From Octopus bimaculoides (Eukaryota): DNA of 63,425 nt. The notes below the pieces were generated by a model that saw nothing but the letters and a program-made list of their open reading frames with translations, did not search any database and was not told the origin of the DNA. The DNA is taken from positions 81,401,008 through 81,464,432 of the forward strand of contig NC_068981.1 of NCBI RefSeq assembly GCF_001194135.2, in the 5' to 3' direction. How positions within the stretch are numbered: the first letter of the stretch is position 1; every line of letters begins with the position of its first letter. The position numbers and the translations under genes were made by a program. Positions 12,985-25,949 of this stretch are shown here, in pieces.

Positions 12985-13355
12985 GGCTGTGTGGTAAGTA
13001 GCTTGCTTACGAACCACATGGCTCCGGGTTCAGTCCCACTGCATGGCACCTTGGGCAAGTGTCTTCTGCTATAGCCCTGGGCTGACCAAAGCCTTGTGAG
13101 TGGATTTGGAAGACAGAAACTGAAAGAAGCCCGTCGTATATATGTATGTGTGTGCATATGTGTTTGTCTCCCCAACATCACTTGACAACCGATGCTGATA
13201 TGTTTACGTCCCCGTAACTTAGCAGTTCAGCAAAAAGAAACCGATAGAATAAGTACTAGGCTTACAAAGAATAAGTCCTGAGGTCGATTTGCTTGACTAA
13301 AGGCGGTGCTCCAGCATGGCTACAGTCAAAGGACTGAAACAAGTAAAAGAGAGTA
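12985..13355 (+). mobile_element. SINE family B
   Basis: tRNA-like head gctgtgtggtaag..gggttcagtccc, CORE-like ccttgggcaagtg, tail gactgaaacaagtaaaaga. Confidence 0.85.
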
Positions 13356-13736
13356 CTACTTCACTCAACCAGTAACAAGTATGGAATATATAAACACATA
13401 TGCACATTCATGCACACAGACACACAGAAACACACACACACACCACACCGCACACACTCACACACATGTGCATGAGGCTATAGTAGAAGACACTTACCCA
13501 AGGTGCCAAAGCCTTGTAAGTGGATTTCGCAGATAGACCAACATCACCTTTCTTACATTTATTATCATTTTAATGTCCACTTTTCCATATTTGCAAAGGT
13601 CTGAGAGAATTCACTGAGATAGATTTTCTACAGCCAGACAGCCTTCCTGTTGCCAACCCACATTCATTTTTAAGCACTGTTATATTTCCCCATGAGAAAA
13701 TGGAGAGAGGGGGAAGGAGAGGGAAAGTGGAAAGAG

Positions 13737-13811
<75 letters not shown>

Positions 13812-14129
13812 CAGAGAGACTAGACAAATGTTACAAGGCAATCTATCTGACTCTCTAATGGTTCATATTGGCACAATATGCCCCTTTCCAATGACTGGGA
13901 CAATAGAAGCATGATAAAAATAACGTATATCTCTGAGCAAAATTTTTTTACAATCTATGCCAAATGAAAGACAAAAGTAAATTCAGTACCAACAATTATG
14001 GTGTTCAGGAGGAAGGGAGAAGGAAGAGGAGAAAGATAGTGGTAATAACATTGCAGTTAATAAGGCTGACGATGATGATGTCACTGAGGAGAATAATGAT
14101 GATGTTGACTGCAGCCAACAACAAAGAGG

Positions 14130-14150
14130 ACAAGAAATGAGGACGACAAC

Positions 14151-14195
<45 letters not shown>

Positions 14196-14200
14196 GATGA
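14130..14200. repeat. (GAT)n microsatellite
   Basis: Direct read; source of the poly-I/H/S ORFs. Confidence 0.95.
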
Positions 14201-14779
14201 CAGCCAGGACAACAGAAAGGTGTACACCACAACCAAAGGACTCTGACAACCATGATAACTATACTTGAAATGATAAGCGATATCAGCAAAACAATATCCT
14301 GTTTCAAATGAAGAAATAATATAAAGAAAAACAAAAACCATAGTAGTGAAAGCCTTCAAGATAAGTCACAAATGGCTAAGAGATAAATTACAGTTTTGGT
14401 TTATCGGTAGACTGGGAATGGGGGACTGTGTCATATCATTTATGCCATACTATGTCTTTGACTCAAGTTTTCAGTTGATTAATTTTCCTGGTTAAAATTT
14501 TCAAAATCCAAAATACAGTATTAAAGAAGATGGTAGTTATAATGATTCACTGGTTTGAGTTTGACTAATCTGGAGAAAGTGAAGGTAGAAATAAGCAATG
14601 ATACAGATTAATATGGTACATATAGGTGCAGGGTTGGTTGTGTAGTAAGCAGTTTACTTATCAGCTACATGATTTTGGATCCAGTCCCACTGCTTTGAGC
14701 CACCCAAAGCCTTGCGAGTGAATTTGACAGATAAATACTGAATGAAGACTGTGTCTGTTTTTTGAATTAATTATATATA

Positions 14780-15205
14780 TCATAAATCCTCGAGTATAAT
14801 CCGCACTTTTTTCCCAAAATTTAAAGGTCAAAATTTCTAGTGCGTATTATATACGAGGTTAAAAATGAAAAAATATTTTCTAAGCAAAATTTTGTAAGTG
14901 ATAAATATGTAAAAGCAATTTACTTAATATTTATTTTTCACTGACGTTATTACTGTTATTTCTTTATTTTCTGCAAACAAAGTACACAAAAAAGCTACAC
15001 ATTTGCATTATGTTATATATACAATAATAATAAAGGACGTTACCATATATATGTTTACAAACCAAGGACGTTATATAGACCTCCTTGACTCAAGTTAGAG
15101 AAGGGGTGTGTATTATACACAAGGTTTAGGTTTTTCAGAGGTACAGCCCCCTAAAAATCCCCTGCGTATTATACTCAAGGGCGGACTATACTCGAGGATT
15201 TACGG
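14780..15205. mobile_element. Tc2/pogo-type MITE
   Basis: TIRs tcataaatcctcgagtataatccgc / gcggactatactcgaggatttacgg, flanked by TA. Confidence 0.8.
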
Positions 15206-15669
15206 TATATACTCCCCTGTCAATATATGAAAATGTGCTTCCTTGCAAATGTAATGGTTTTTAACTCTTATTTCTAGCAATGTATGTACTACCTTGCACC
15301 CTCATTCACAATCAGTGACAACTGAATTTTTCCTTTTGGTTTTATATTGTGTATAATCGCCTTCGTTATTTTATAATTTTCATATTAGCATTTTGCTAAA
15401 TCAGCCATAAATTCATATGGTAAAAATATATACTGACAGTCAAAATCTAGGCAAACCATCCAGCAATGGAGTAGTCACTACCAATAGGTTCACAATTTCC
15501 AAACGAAGCTAGACTAGTATAGTGATCTTGCTCATTCTAGGGTAGTTATCTCCTCTGTCAGTATATGAAAATGTGCTTCCTTGCAACTCTAAGGGTTTTT
15601 GACTCTTATTTCTAGTAATGTAGGTGCTACCCTGCACTGTCAGTCACAATTTTTCCTTTTAGGTTTTAT

Positions 15670-15713
<44 letters not shown>

Positions 15714-15925
15714 CCACATCAATGCTTGACAACCTGTTCTAGTGTGTTTTTGTCCTTGTAACCGAAAGGTTCAGTAAAAGAGACCCATAGAAAAAGTACT
15801 AGGCGTATAAAATAAGTATTAGGGTTGATTCATTCAACTAAAATATTCTCCAAAGTGGTGCCCCAGCATGGATACAGTCAAATGACTGAAACAAGTAAAA
15901 GATTAAAGATAATATTCTCAGCACA

Positions 15926-16309
15926 GTTGTTGGCACTCCGTCGCTTACGACGTCGAGGGTTCCAGTTGATCTAATCAATGGAACAGCCTGCTCGTGAAAT
16001 TAACGTGCAAGTGGCTGAGCACTCCACAGACACATGTACCCTTAACGTAGTTCTCGGGGAGATTCAGCGTGACACAGAGTGTGACAAGACTGGCCCTTTG
16101 AAATACAGGTACAACAGAAACAGGAAGAAAGAGTGAGAGAAAGTTGTGGTGGAAGAGTACAGCAGGGTTCGCCACCATCCCCTGCTGGAGCCTCGTGGAG
16201 CTTTAGGTGTTTTCACTCAATAAACACTTACAACGCCCTGTCTGGGAATCGAAACCGCGATCCTATGACCGCAAATCCGCTGCCCTAACCACTGGGCCAT
16301 TGCGCCTCC
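15926..16309 (-). mobile_element. Full-length tRNA-derived SINE (family A, ~385 bp)
   Basis: Head ggaggcgcaatggcccagtggttagggcagcgg..ggtttcgattccc (A/B boxes); tail cgacggagtgccaac(aac). Confidence 0.9.
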
Positions 16310-16510
16310 AGTAACAAAAATACAAATAAAGTTATTTTTTAAATAAGTTTTTTCATAGGAGGAAGGAAAAATCTGTTAGTCTACAACCTGTCAGATTAAT
16401 CATAGGAAGTAAGTGTGGTAAGTTTGTTGATAACATCCTGAAACACATGGGTGGATCAATTCCCGTTTTGTTAGTGATAGCAGCCCACCACGAATAATTA
16501 CCTTCCTTAA

Positions 16511-16732
16511 CCCTTTCGATACTAACCCAGTTGAAATCACCTCTGGCTCTGTAGTACAAAAGTCTGGTTTTCATAAGTTTTGAATTAAAATCTTCCACCA
16601 AACCTTAGTCATAATTTATGTTCCTAACACCAGCTTAATAATAACTAAGTTATTTTACTAAATTCTTTGTTGTATTTAAAATTAATTGAAAGAAACACAG
16701 AGCATCTCAAAATAAATACAGTAACAAAAGGG
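16511..16732. mobile_element. piggyBac-like MITE
   Basis: TTAA|CCCTTTCG left end and AAAAGGG right end; a SINE abuts the right end. Confidence 0.6.
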
Positions 16733-17419
16733 TACCTTTTCGAGTCATGCTGACTCATAAGGGCCAGCTTCCCAGTTTCCATGGCGTACAAATTCCCCAC
16801 ATCACTCCATCGCAGACTACTCATTTTTGCCACCTGAGTGGACTGGAGCAATGTGGAATGAAGTGTTTTGCTCAAGAACACAATACATTACCCAGTCTAG
16901 GAATTGAAACCACAATCTTATGATCATTAGTCTAACACTCTAACCATTAAGGAATGTGCCTCAACCACCAAGAATAATTACTAAACCCTTCCTTATTCAC
17001 TTTCTAATGAAGAAAGCAACACTGTTCTAAATACTACATACTGTCTTCTGAAAGCATATGGCTAAGTGGTTGGGGTATTCAACTCAATTCATAAGGTCAT
17101 GAGTTCGATTTCCAGAGGTATGTCATGTCCTTGAGCAAGACACTTTATTTCATGTTGCTCCACTCAACTAGCAAAAATGGGGTGGTACCTGCATTTCAAA
17201 GAGCCATTCTTCTCACATTCTGTGTCATGCTGAATCTCCTGAGAACTACATTAAGAGTATGCATGTCTGTAGAGAGCTCAGCCACTTGCATGTTAATTTC
17301 ATGCACAGGCTGTTCCACTGATCAGATCAACTGGAACCTTCATTGTTGTAACCAATGGAGCACCAGTTTTCACATAACTGTCTTCTCTGTCTCTCTCTCT
17401 CTCTCCTCATCTACATAGC

Positions 17420-17633
17420 TGTTGTGGTGATAGATATTAACACCCCTGTGAGATTAAAAGGTGGACTGGTTGAACTCTTATAAAAAGTGACGTGTGTTGT
17501 TGAGACGACAGAATAAGTTGGAATCTTGTGTGTGGTAGTCAGAAGTTACGTTAAAATCATATATCTGAAATCAAGAATATAAAACTATCTAGCTTTCTTT
17601 CTTTATCTCTCCCTCTCTCCACTGATTACTACA
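17420..17633 (+). mobile_element. Possible solo LTR
   Basis: TGTTGT...ACTACA termini with internal TATAAAAAG; no matching TSD found. Confidence 0.3.
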
Positions 17634-18622
17634 CTAAATGAAAAATCAACAATCTTGAATAAATTGGTGTATTTACAAAGCAGTATTACTTTGTCACTTT
17701 CTTCATACCTGGTTCTACTTGCATAAGTCATCAGCTCAGTTACCAAATTTCAGTTTTTCATCAGATCTTCACTAGTTTTTGAATCAAAATAAATGCCTCT
17801 TGTCATAAACACTGAACACATGCAAATTCCTTCATTAAGTTGTATCAATTTGTAATTTTCTACTTTTCCACACATTCCTACAAACTTCAGCACCTCATGC
17901 AGAGAATTAACAGCTCTAACCTTACACAAACAATTCCTTGATATTTTCCAAGAAAGTTTCCACACATGGCAGTTCTTATTGAGGCAACAAATAATTATAG
18001 GCAGTAGCCTTTGGTATTTATTCATGGTGTGTGTGTGTGTGTGTGTGCATGTGAATCAATAAGCATTACAGTTGAAAGAGTAATCTGAATGCTTAAGGGT
18101 TAAACATTTCCCATTAAATATGTACATCCAGCAAACTTTACTCATCTTGTCTCCTCCGCTAGATATACATTCACATTTACAGTTTACACTTTATAGCTAA
18201 ATCATATCACATTTCTAACACATATCTTATGTAAGATGTTTTTTTTATAGAGAACACCATCCTACACATAGTAGTTATCCATCTTCTATAACAAGTGTTA
18301 TTAGCTGCCTCCACAACCTACAATTATTTCATATCTTTCCAGATTTTACATCTTTTATTTGCCGAGATCTTACAATACCATACACGTTGAAAGTATCTTA
18401 CATTATCTTAGAAGTTGCCCATATCTTACAATTCAAAAATGTTCTCCTGCCTTTATTTTATTTATAAAAGAGAAGTATTTCATTCCTAGTACAATTATAG
18501 TACAGATCTTTATTATACTCTATTGGTTGGCAGTTGACAGGTAGTTACTGTCAGTCTTTTTTAGTTATAAAACAGCACAAAACATATTGCCTATAATACC
18601 ATGTTTATTAAGTTATATTATA

Positions 18623-19300
18623 CAGGGTGTGTCGAGTATTTTCAAACTTTTAATAGACAATAAATAGAAGACAATCTAATATAATTTTATGACATGCACC
18701 AAGTTTTAACTTTCTCATTTCTCTTTCAGATTTATTGATAGTATCATCAACATGACACAGGTAGAGTTCATAGAAGCAATAGAAAGTACACCAAGCTCAA
18801 GGCTCTAGCTACTGAAATTATCATCTTCTTGAACATGGTCAAGTTCTTCATACTCAGAGTCAGGAAAGAGCTGGAAGACTCTGGCCGGGTTATATCACCC
18901 ATATTTACAGTATGGCTAAGTTTGTCCAGCGAGGTCAAGACATCATCAACAACAAACCCCAGTGGATTGATGAAGGCTAATGAGGAGAATACCAAAGTGG
19001 AGCCCATTATCAGCTGTGTCATAAATAGGGGAGCAGATAATCAGAGGAGGGTGCTTTATGTCCAGTAAAACCCAAGAAAACAATGTGGTCACCAACATTA
19101 TTTGGCTCCAGCATTTGCACCTCCAGAACTGCCACATTATTGAAGGATTAGCAACAATATCATGGTGTTAGAGAGTCATAAGGGGTTGCATTGTATGTAT
19201 GGTGGGCAGTATGAAGTTGGAAGGTCACCTGATTTTGACATGCAGTCTATTCTGTGGCTGCATCAATACCCCTTTTTAAACTGAGAGCAGTTTTTTTTTA
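18623..19300 (+). mobile_element. Decayed Tc1-like transposon, 5' part
   Basis: TA|CAGGGTGTG TIR start; frameshifted resemblance to Tc1 motifs (GALCPVKPKK.., QN(W)..., a WSDES-like tggtgttagagagtc, ..MYGG..GRSP). Confidence 0.5.
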
Positions 19301-19580
19301 AATGGCATGTTCCTTTGCTGAATCAAATTGGATGTGCATGTTGTTTTTCAGAGAATATGTTGTTGTTTTTTTATTTATTGTCTGCTTTTTGCGTTTGTTT
19401 GGTTTTCAAGTTATTTGACATACCATGTAGAGCAAATTGTAATTGTCTCAATATATATTAATTGCAAGCATAGTATAAGTGCCACAGTATTTTTTCAATA
19501 TATGAGATCTATGACCTGAGATTTTTTATTACAACAACAAGTTAGAACAAAAAAGCTTAAAAAAGCAAAATTGAGCTGAC

Positions 19581-19643
19581 CTTAAGTGTTATCCAGTAAT
19601 GAAAGTTATCACAAGAAAATAAATTTTCCACCTTTGCACTCAC
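19581..19643 (-). CDS. Candidate 63-nt exon, or recursive AG|GT splice site
   Basis: gaattttatttttcag|GTGAGT...AAG|gtcagc; only frame 0 is open (VSAKVENLFSCDNFHYWITLK). Confidence 0.3.
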
Positions 19644-19704
19644 CTGAAAAATAAAATTCAACAAAGTTCTAAGTTCAGATTCAATTAGGTATTATAAAAT
19701 AGTG

Positions 19705-19958
19705 CAGTGGTTCTCAACCATTTTTTGCCTATGGACCCTTTTAATTCCTAATTTACTCTACTGGGTCCTCATATCCATTCAATGTTTAAAAAAAATCCTA
19801 CTATATTGTTATAATTAAATATTATTAGAAACTGTATTAAAAAATTGCTAAAATATTTTGTGTGTTGCAGAAGTATATTCAATTTATTGTACATAAATTT
19901 TAACAACAAAATCTTAAATGGGTTCCCAAGTCATGTGGACTCCAGTTGAGAACAACTA
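19705..19958. mobile_element. hAT-type MITE, same family as 378-723
   Basis: CAGTGGTTCTCAACC / AGTTGAGAACAACTA TIRs; TSD aaatagtg vs aaatagag. Confidence 0.8.
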
Positions 19959-20270
19959 AAATAGAGTAAATTAGTCAAAAATTAAGGATTTCTAAAATGA
20001 AAAAAGAACAAGGCAAATTTGGCAAACAAATTTTAAATATATTTACTCTTTTTACTTTGAAACAGATTTAGTATAGAAACAGGTTTCTTAAATGGTTACA
20101 TATTTAAAGACCTGATTTAGGCTCTGAAGTTCAGATGTTACCTTATCTTTCCAGATAGAAATTTTACAGCATCAATGGATCAAAGCTTTTTTTTTAGTAA
20201 GTGATTTGTAGCTACTTTACCAATCTAATCAAAAATTAGTGTTGTTGTTTTGTAATTGCCAATGATAACT

Positions 20271-20476
20271 GGTTTCAAATTTTGGCACAAGGCCAGCAAC
20301 TTTGGGGGAAGAGGTAAATCGATTACATACCCCCAGTACTCAACTGGTACTTATTTTATTGACCCTGAAAGGCAAAGTAAACCTTGGTGGGATATGAACT
20401 CAGAATGTAAGGACAAATGAAATGCCACTAAGCATTTTGCCCAGCATGCGAACAATTCTGCCAGCTTGTCACCTTA
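20271..20476 (-). mobile_element. tRNA-derived SINE family F, CpG-decayed copy
   Basis: Colinear with 51619-51820, 54053-54231 and 60755-60940. Confidence 0.8.
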
Positions 20477-20742
20477 CTTTTCTCATGATTATTATTAGCA
20501 ATAACAATACAGATGCTATTGAATTAGAGATCAAGATATCACACTATATATTTGGTAGCATAAAAGACACACAGGCATATTAGATGCACCCTAATTTCAG
20601 CAGTACTTATTCAGATAAAATAAAAAGAAGTTTCTAGTACATTAAAGCATGTAAAATAGGCCCAACTTTGCATATAGGAGCTGGGATAAAATTTTGAATC
20701 ATTTCTTTAGAAAATAACAGTGTCTAACAGCCTCTCTTTAAT

Positions 20743-21029
20743 CCATTACCTCCCATAATTCTATTAACTGGAATTTTTTTATGAAACTGATTTCTAGCAT
20801 AAAACAGCCTTAGAAACACGCTGGAATGATCAAAATAACATTTCAAAATAACATTTTAAATAGAAATAAGCGAGATATTGGGTGAAAAATTAGCAAACCT
20901 CATTTGAATATCAGAGAAATATACCTAGTAGATATAGAAAAAAGGTTAGATATGTGTAAATATTGACAGATAATTACGAAATTTGTAATTTTTAAGTGAT
21001 CTCATATGAGATCACTGGTAGGTAATGGG
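20743..21029. mobile_element. piggyBac-like MITE
   Basis: ttaa(t)ccattacct ... aggtaatgggttaa. Confidence 0.55.
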
Positions 21030-21786
21030 TTAATGTATGAATATTCAAACATGTGTTCTGTAATGTATAATAGCATTAAGTATTGTTCTTGAAATATAAA
21101 GTACCTGTTATCTTTCTTTAAAGACTATAAGCTGAATATCAATTTTGAAATTAGGAACTAATGTCTGAATTACCAGGAGAAAAGGTCAAGTGGATACATG
21201 TCTGGTTGTGATAATACCAGAAATGCCTTACCATGTCAGTTTCAATAGTGAAAGGAAAAAGATATAATTACAACATATAACCAAGATACAATAAAATAAC
21301 TAAACAAAGAACTAGCTAAAAGTGACTCTTATTCTAATTTTTGCTCATTCATTAGTTTGTTTTTATGGGCATTTTCCCATACTGGCATGGGTTAGATGAA
21401 CACATATCACTGAGACATAGCATTGAGCTGGGTGCTCTTCCAGTTGCTAACTCTTGCCCTGTTTTTCAAGTAAAGGAATTTCTATTCTACTCAACTTCAA
21501 AAGTGCAGAGAATTTTTCATGCAAGCACAGAAGGGAAACATTCACATAGACACACACACACACACACACATGCACAACCATACATACAATACACACATAC
21601 ACACATGCACGTGAAAAGGTAGGTTATGTAATTTGCATTATTATAGAGAAATAAACATTGCATTTTCTTAAAATATGAATACAGTAATTTACTAACGAAG
21701 AAACTGGCTGAGGCAATGAAAACTACAAAGAATAGTTTATTGCATCTAAGTCTGCACTGTTTCATACCACTGGCCATTATGATAGT

Positions 21787-21934
21787 GATAGTGCAGGAGA
21801 AGTGGAGGGCAGGATAGAAAGATTTGAGAAAAGAGAGGAAGGAGTCTAGATGTTCGTGGGAGAGTGAAGTCGCACTGATACAGTCATCAATATAACGGCC
21901 GTATAGCTTGAGAATGGAACTAGTGAAACTTGAG
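21787..21934 (-). mobile_element. PLE RT fragment (YIDD motif)
   Basis: LYGRYIDDCISATSLSHEHLDSFLSFLKSFYPALHFSCTI; near-identical inverted copy of ~26015-26161. Confidence 0.85.
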
Positions 21935-21990
<56 letters not shown>

Positions 21991-22520
21991 AACTATTATC
22001 ATCAGAAAGCATAGGGAATTACTCTCTTTTAACAACAGAAGGTGTAGAATCTACTCCTATTTGGTCACTTGACTTGCTAGATATAGCAGCTAAATAATCC
22101 TTCAACTTACATCACATTGTCATTAAAAAGAAGGAAGGACACATTGGATAATATTGTCATAAAGAAACATGGGATGGTCATGGCTGGATTACCTGTGAAC
22201 ATGTGGGTCATAGGTGCCAGGCTAATTAGGGTTGGCTTTTCACTAAACAACTCTATCTCTGACTATGTACTAAAGACAAAATATGGTGTCTTTTAGAATC
22301 ATGATACTGGGTAATGGTTACTGTGCCAGGGAGTATACAGTGGTTGCAGGAAATAGTGGTGATGATAATGATGGTTGGTCCTTAACTTTTGATGAAGTGA
22401 AGGGGACACCATTGTGTAGCATATCTTGGGCATTTTAAACATAATGGAGCCCATCCCTCTCTAAGTCTGAACACAACTGGTTCATTCCAGAGACAAAGAG
22501 AGTGAAAGCAATTGAGAGAG

Positions 22521-22555
<35 letters not shown>

Positions 22556-22846
22556 CTGTACCTCTGTATCAGATTGATATTCCATTTATTAAGACCAAAA
22601 GAATTTGAACTCAGAACACAGAGAGCTGGAACAAACACCACAAACAATTCAACCCAACACTAATAATTCTGTCAAATCACCACCATTATACATTGGTTAA
22701 AAGAGGTGGGGATTTATAGACCAATGAGGTAACTATAGGATATGCATGTCAGCAAGCACTTGGAACCACATGGTTGAACTTGGAACCACATGGTTGTAAA
22801 GAAAACTTGTTAACCATACAATCATGCCTGTATCTTATTCAATAGT

Positions 22847-23167
22847 GGAGGCACAATGGCCCAGTGGTTAGGGCAGCGGACTCGCGGTCGTAGGATTGCG
22901 GTTTCGATTCCCAGACCGGGCGTTGTGAGTGTTTATTGAGCGAAAAAAACCTAAAGCTCCATGATGCTCTGGCAGGGGATGGTGGTGAACCCTGCTGTAC
23001 TCTTTCACCACAACTTTCTCTCACTCTTACTTCCTGTTTCTGTTGTGCCTGTAATTCAAAGGGTCAGCCTTGTCACACTGTGTCACGCTGAATATTCCCG
23101 AGAACTGCGTTAAGGGTACACATGTCTGTGGAGTGGTCAGCCACTTGCATGTTAATTTCACGAGCAG
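22847..23167 (+). mobile_element. SINE family A, truncated by N gap
   Basis: Same sequence as 15926-16309 in the opposite orientation. Confidence 0.9.
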
Positions 23168-23579
23168 NNNNNNNNNNNNNNNNNNNNNNNNNNNNNNNNN
23201 NNNNNNNNNNNNNNNNNNNNNNNNNNNNNNNNNNNNNNNNNNNNNNNNNNNNNNNNNNNNNNNNNNNNNNNNNNNNNNNNNNNNNNNNNNNNNNNNNNNN
23301 NNNNNNNNNNNNNNNNNNNNNNNNNNNNNNNNNNNNNNNNNNNNNNNNNNNNNNNNNNNNNNNNNNNNNNNNNNNNNNNNNNNNNNNNNNNNNNNNNNNN
23401 NNNNNNNNNNNNNNNNNNNNNNNNNNNNNNNNNNNNNNNNAACAAATGGAGGTTAGCACAGAGAAATGAATGTCAAAACAATGATAATGAAGTTGTTGAA
23501 ATAATTACTTTATAAATTATGCATTCATACATTGATTGACAGCATTATTAAATATTCAATTTATTAACAGATAGACACA

Positions 23580-23990
23580 GGCATGGCTGTGTGATTAAGA
23601 AATATACTTCTTAACAAAAATGGTTTTGGGTTCAGTCCCATGGTTTACTAACGCAGGCAAGTATCTTCTATTGTAGCCCAGGTCAACCAAAGTGTGTGTG
23701 TGTGTGTGCATGCAAGCATGTGCATATGTGTGTGGGTCCTTATCTTGACTTCAGGCAAATAGTTGTAAATGAACATCACTGTCATACAAGCAGAGACCTT
23801 TATTTCAAATCTTTCCTGAAAGCACGTCTGGCTATGGAGAAATATTATCTTGCTTGGGAATAGGTGAAGATTGGCAATAGGAAAGGCAATTGGCCATAGC
23901 AAATCTGCCTCAAGAAATTTTATCTGATCCATGCAAGCATGTAAAAGTGGACGTTTAAATGATGATGATAATAATGATGATGATGATGAT
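23580..23990 (+). mobile_element. SINE with family-B-type head and RTE-type (GAT)n tail (family D)
   Basis: Related to 42665-43050 and 39295-39720 (-). Confidence 0.7.
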
Positions 23991-24321
23991 GTATAAAAGT
24001 ATTCAGTAGTGATCTGTTTGAAAAACTTACGAAAATTTATGGGTTTATTTATTCTTTTGTTCTTCTATTCTTTTACTTGTTTCAGTCATTTGACTGTGGC
24101 CATGCTGGAGCACCACCTTAAAGAGATTTTTCATCAAAGAAATCGACCCCAGGACTTATTCTTTGTAAGCCTAGTACTTATTCTATTGGTTTCTTTTGCT
24201 GAACTGCTAAGTTATGGGGATGTAAACACACCAACATCAGTTGTCAAGGTTGTCAAGCCATGGCGAGAGGACAGATAGACACAAAGACACACACACACAT
24301 AAATATATATATATATATATA

Positions 24322-25068
24322 NNNNNNNNNNNNNNNNNNNNNNNNNNNNNNNNNNNNNNNNNNNNNNNNNNNNNNNNNNNNNNNNNNNNNNNNNNNNNNN
24401 NNNNNNNNNNNNNNNNNNNNNNNNNNNNNNNNNNNNNNNNNNNNNNNNNNNNNNNNNNNNNNNNNNNNNNNNNNNNNNNNNNNNNNNNNNNNNNNNNNNN
24501 NNNNNNNNNNNNNNNNNNNNNNNNNNNNNNNNNNNNNNNNNNNNNNNNNNNNNNNNNNNNNNNNNNNNNNNNNNNNNNNNNNNNNNNNNNNNNNNNNNNN
24601 NNNNNNNNNNNNNNNNNNNNNNNNNNNNNNNNNNNNNNNNNNNNNNNNNNNNNNNNNNNNNNNNNNNNNNNNNNNNNNNNNNNNNNNNNNNNNNNNNNNN
24701 NNNNNNNNNNNNNNNNNNNNNNNNNNNNNNNNNNNNNNNNNNNNNNNNNNNNNNNNNNNNNNNNNNNNNNNNNNNNNNNNNNNNNNNNNNNNNNNNNNNN
24801 NNNNNNNNNNNNNNNNNNNNNNNNNNNNNNNNNNNNNNNNNNNNNNNNNNNNNNNNNNNNNNNNNNNNNNNNNNNNNNNNNNNNNNNNNNNNNNNNNNNN
24901 NNNNNNNNNNNNNNNNNNNNNNNNNNNNNNNNNNNNNNNNNNNNNNNNNNNNNNNNNNNNNNNNNNNNNNNNNNNNNNNNNNNNNNNNNNNNNNNNNNNN
25001 NNNNNNNNNNNNNNNNNNNNNNNNNNNNNNNNNNNNNNNNNNNNNNNNNNNNNNNNNNNNNNNNNNNN
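24322..25068. other. Assembly gap (largest). Others: 23168-23440, 26254-26263, 34140-34249, 37787-37931, 53090-53208, 55296-55568, 58138-58845, 61025-61229, 62465-62554
   Basis: N runs, several bounded by (TA)n. Confidence 0.99.
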
Positions 25069-25101
<33 letters not shown>

Positions 25102-25726
25102 CATACATACATATACATATACTCTGAGTAAGTTCTGCTCTTATATGATAAAGTTGGTGGTAGTGATAAAGATAATAACATTAACATGAACAAACAAAAA
25201 AATCAGTGAATTGTATGTACACAAGTCCACAAATCCCAGTTAGTCAATTGTAGTTTAGGATCACATACAGTTTCCTAAACCTCCTCCACAGTAGTTACAG
25301 AAATTTTACCCAAGAATATTTAAAATGGCTTATACAGGCTGCAACAGAAAGCAGTATGGTAGTCACTGAATTCAAAAAAGGCATGTGTGTGCACACACAT
25401 GGAATATAATATACACGTTTAAGAGTCTAAAAGTGTTAATGAAATTTAAAGTGCAGAAATATTATATTAAACAGCCTGGTTCTGTGTATCTTTCTAAAAA
25501 CTACAACGCTTTGCCTTTGAGTAACCTCTCACAACTAACATAAAAGTTTTATGTTTATTTTACTAGGACCTTAAAACACAATCTCAAGAGAAGAGTTTCT
25601 CAGGATGTGGCATATACCTCCCTGGTGAGGCATGGCAATAATTTGATGGGGCATCGATCACTTCAGAATAGGACACAACTAAGTAACAAGTGAATAAATC
25701 TTGCAATAATGAAGTTTTAATTAAAA

Positions 25727-25946
25727 CAGGGTGTCCATAAATTGCCTTTACACTTTGAAGAATTCAGAGAAAAAAAAAGAACTCAGCAAGTTGTGTGCAG
25801 CCAATGGAGCCCACATGAAAGTGTTCTGGTGTTTCTAATAAAACTTTATTTGTTTGCCTATGTTTCCCAGTAAACTCTGCTGAGTTATCCTTATTTTCTT
25901 TTTTCTGAATTTTTAAAATTGTAAAGGTAATTCGTGGAGACCCTGT
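25727..25946. mobile_element. Tc1/mariner MITE
   Basis: CAGGGTGTCCATAAATTGCCTTTAC / GTAAAGGTAATTCGTGGAGACCCTG|TA; partial copy at ~41480-41600. Confidence 0.75.
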
Positions 25947-25949
25947 ATA

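Noticed and set aside
13570-14359. Poly-SL, poly-I, poly-H and poly-S ORFs (also the YI/CV/TH-repeat ORFs elsewhere)
   Set aside because: Translations of (GA)n, (GAT)n, (TA)n and (CA)n microsatellites.
15926-16309. SINE heads as functional tRNA genes
   Set aside because: They run directly into SINE bodies, are multi-copy and have TSDs; no intact cloverleaf with terminator.
18730-18760. Plus-strand exon (ctctttcag|..ACACAG|gtagag)
   Set aside because: It lies within the Tc1-like element, between the TIR and the transposase remnant.
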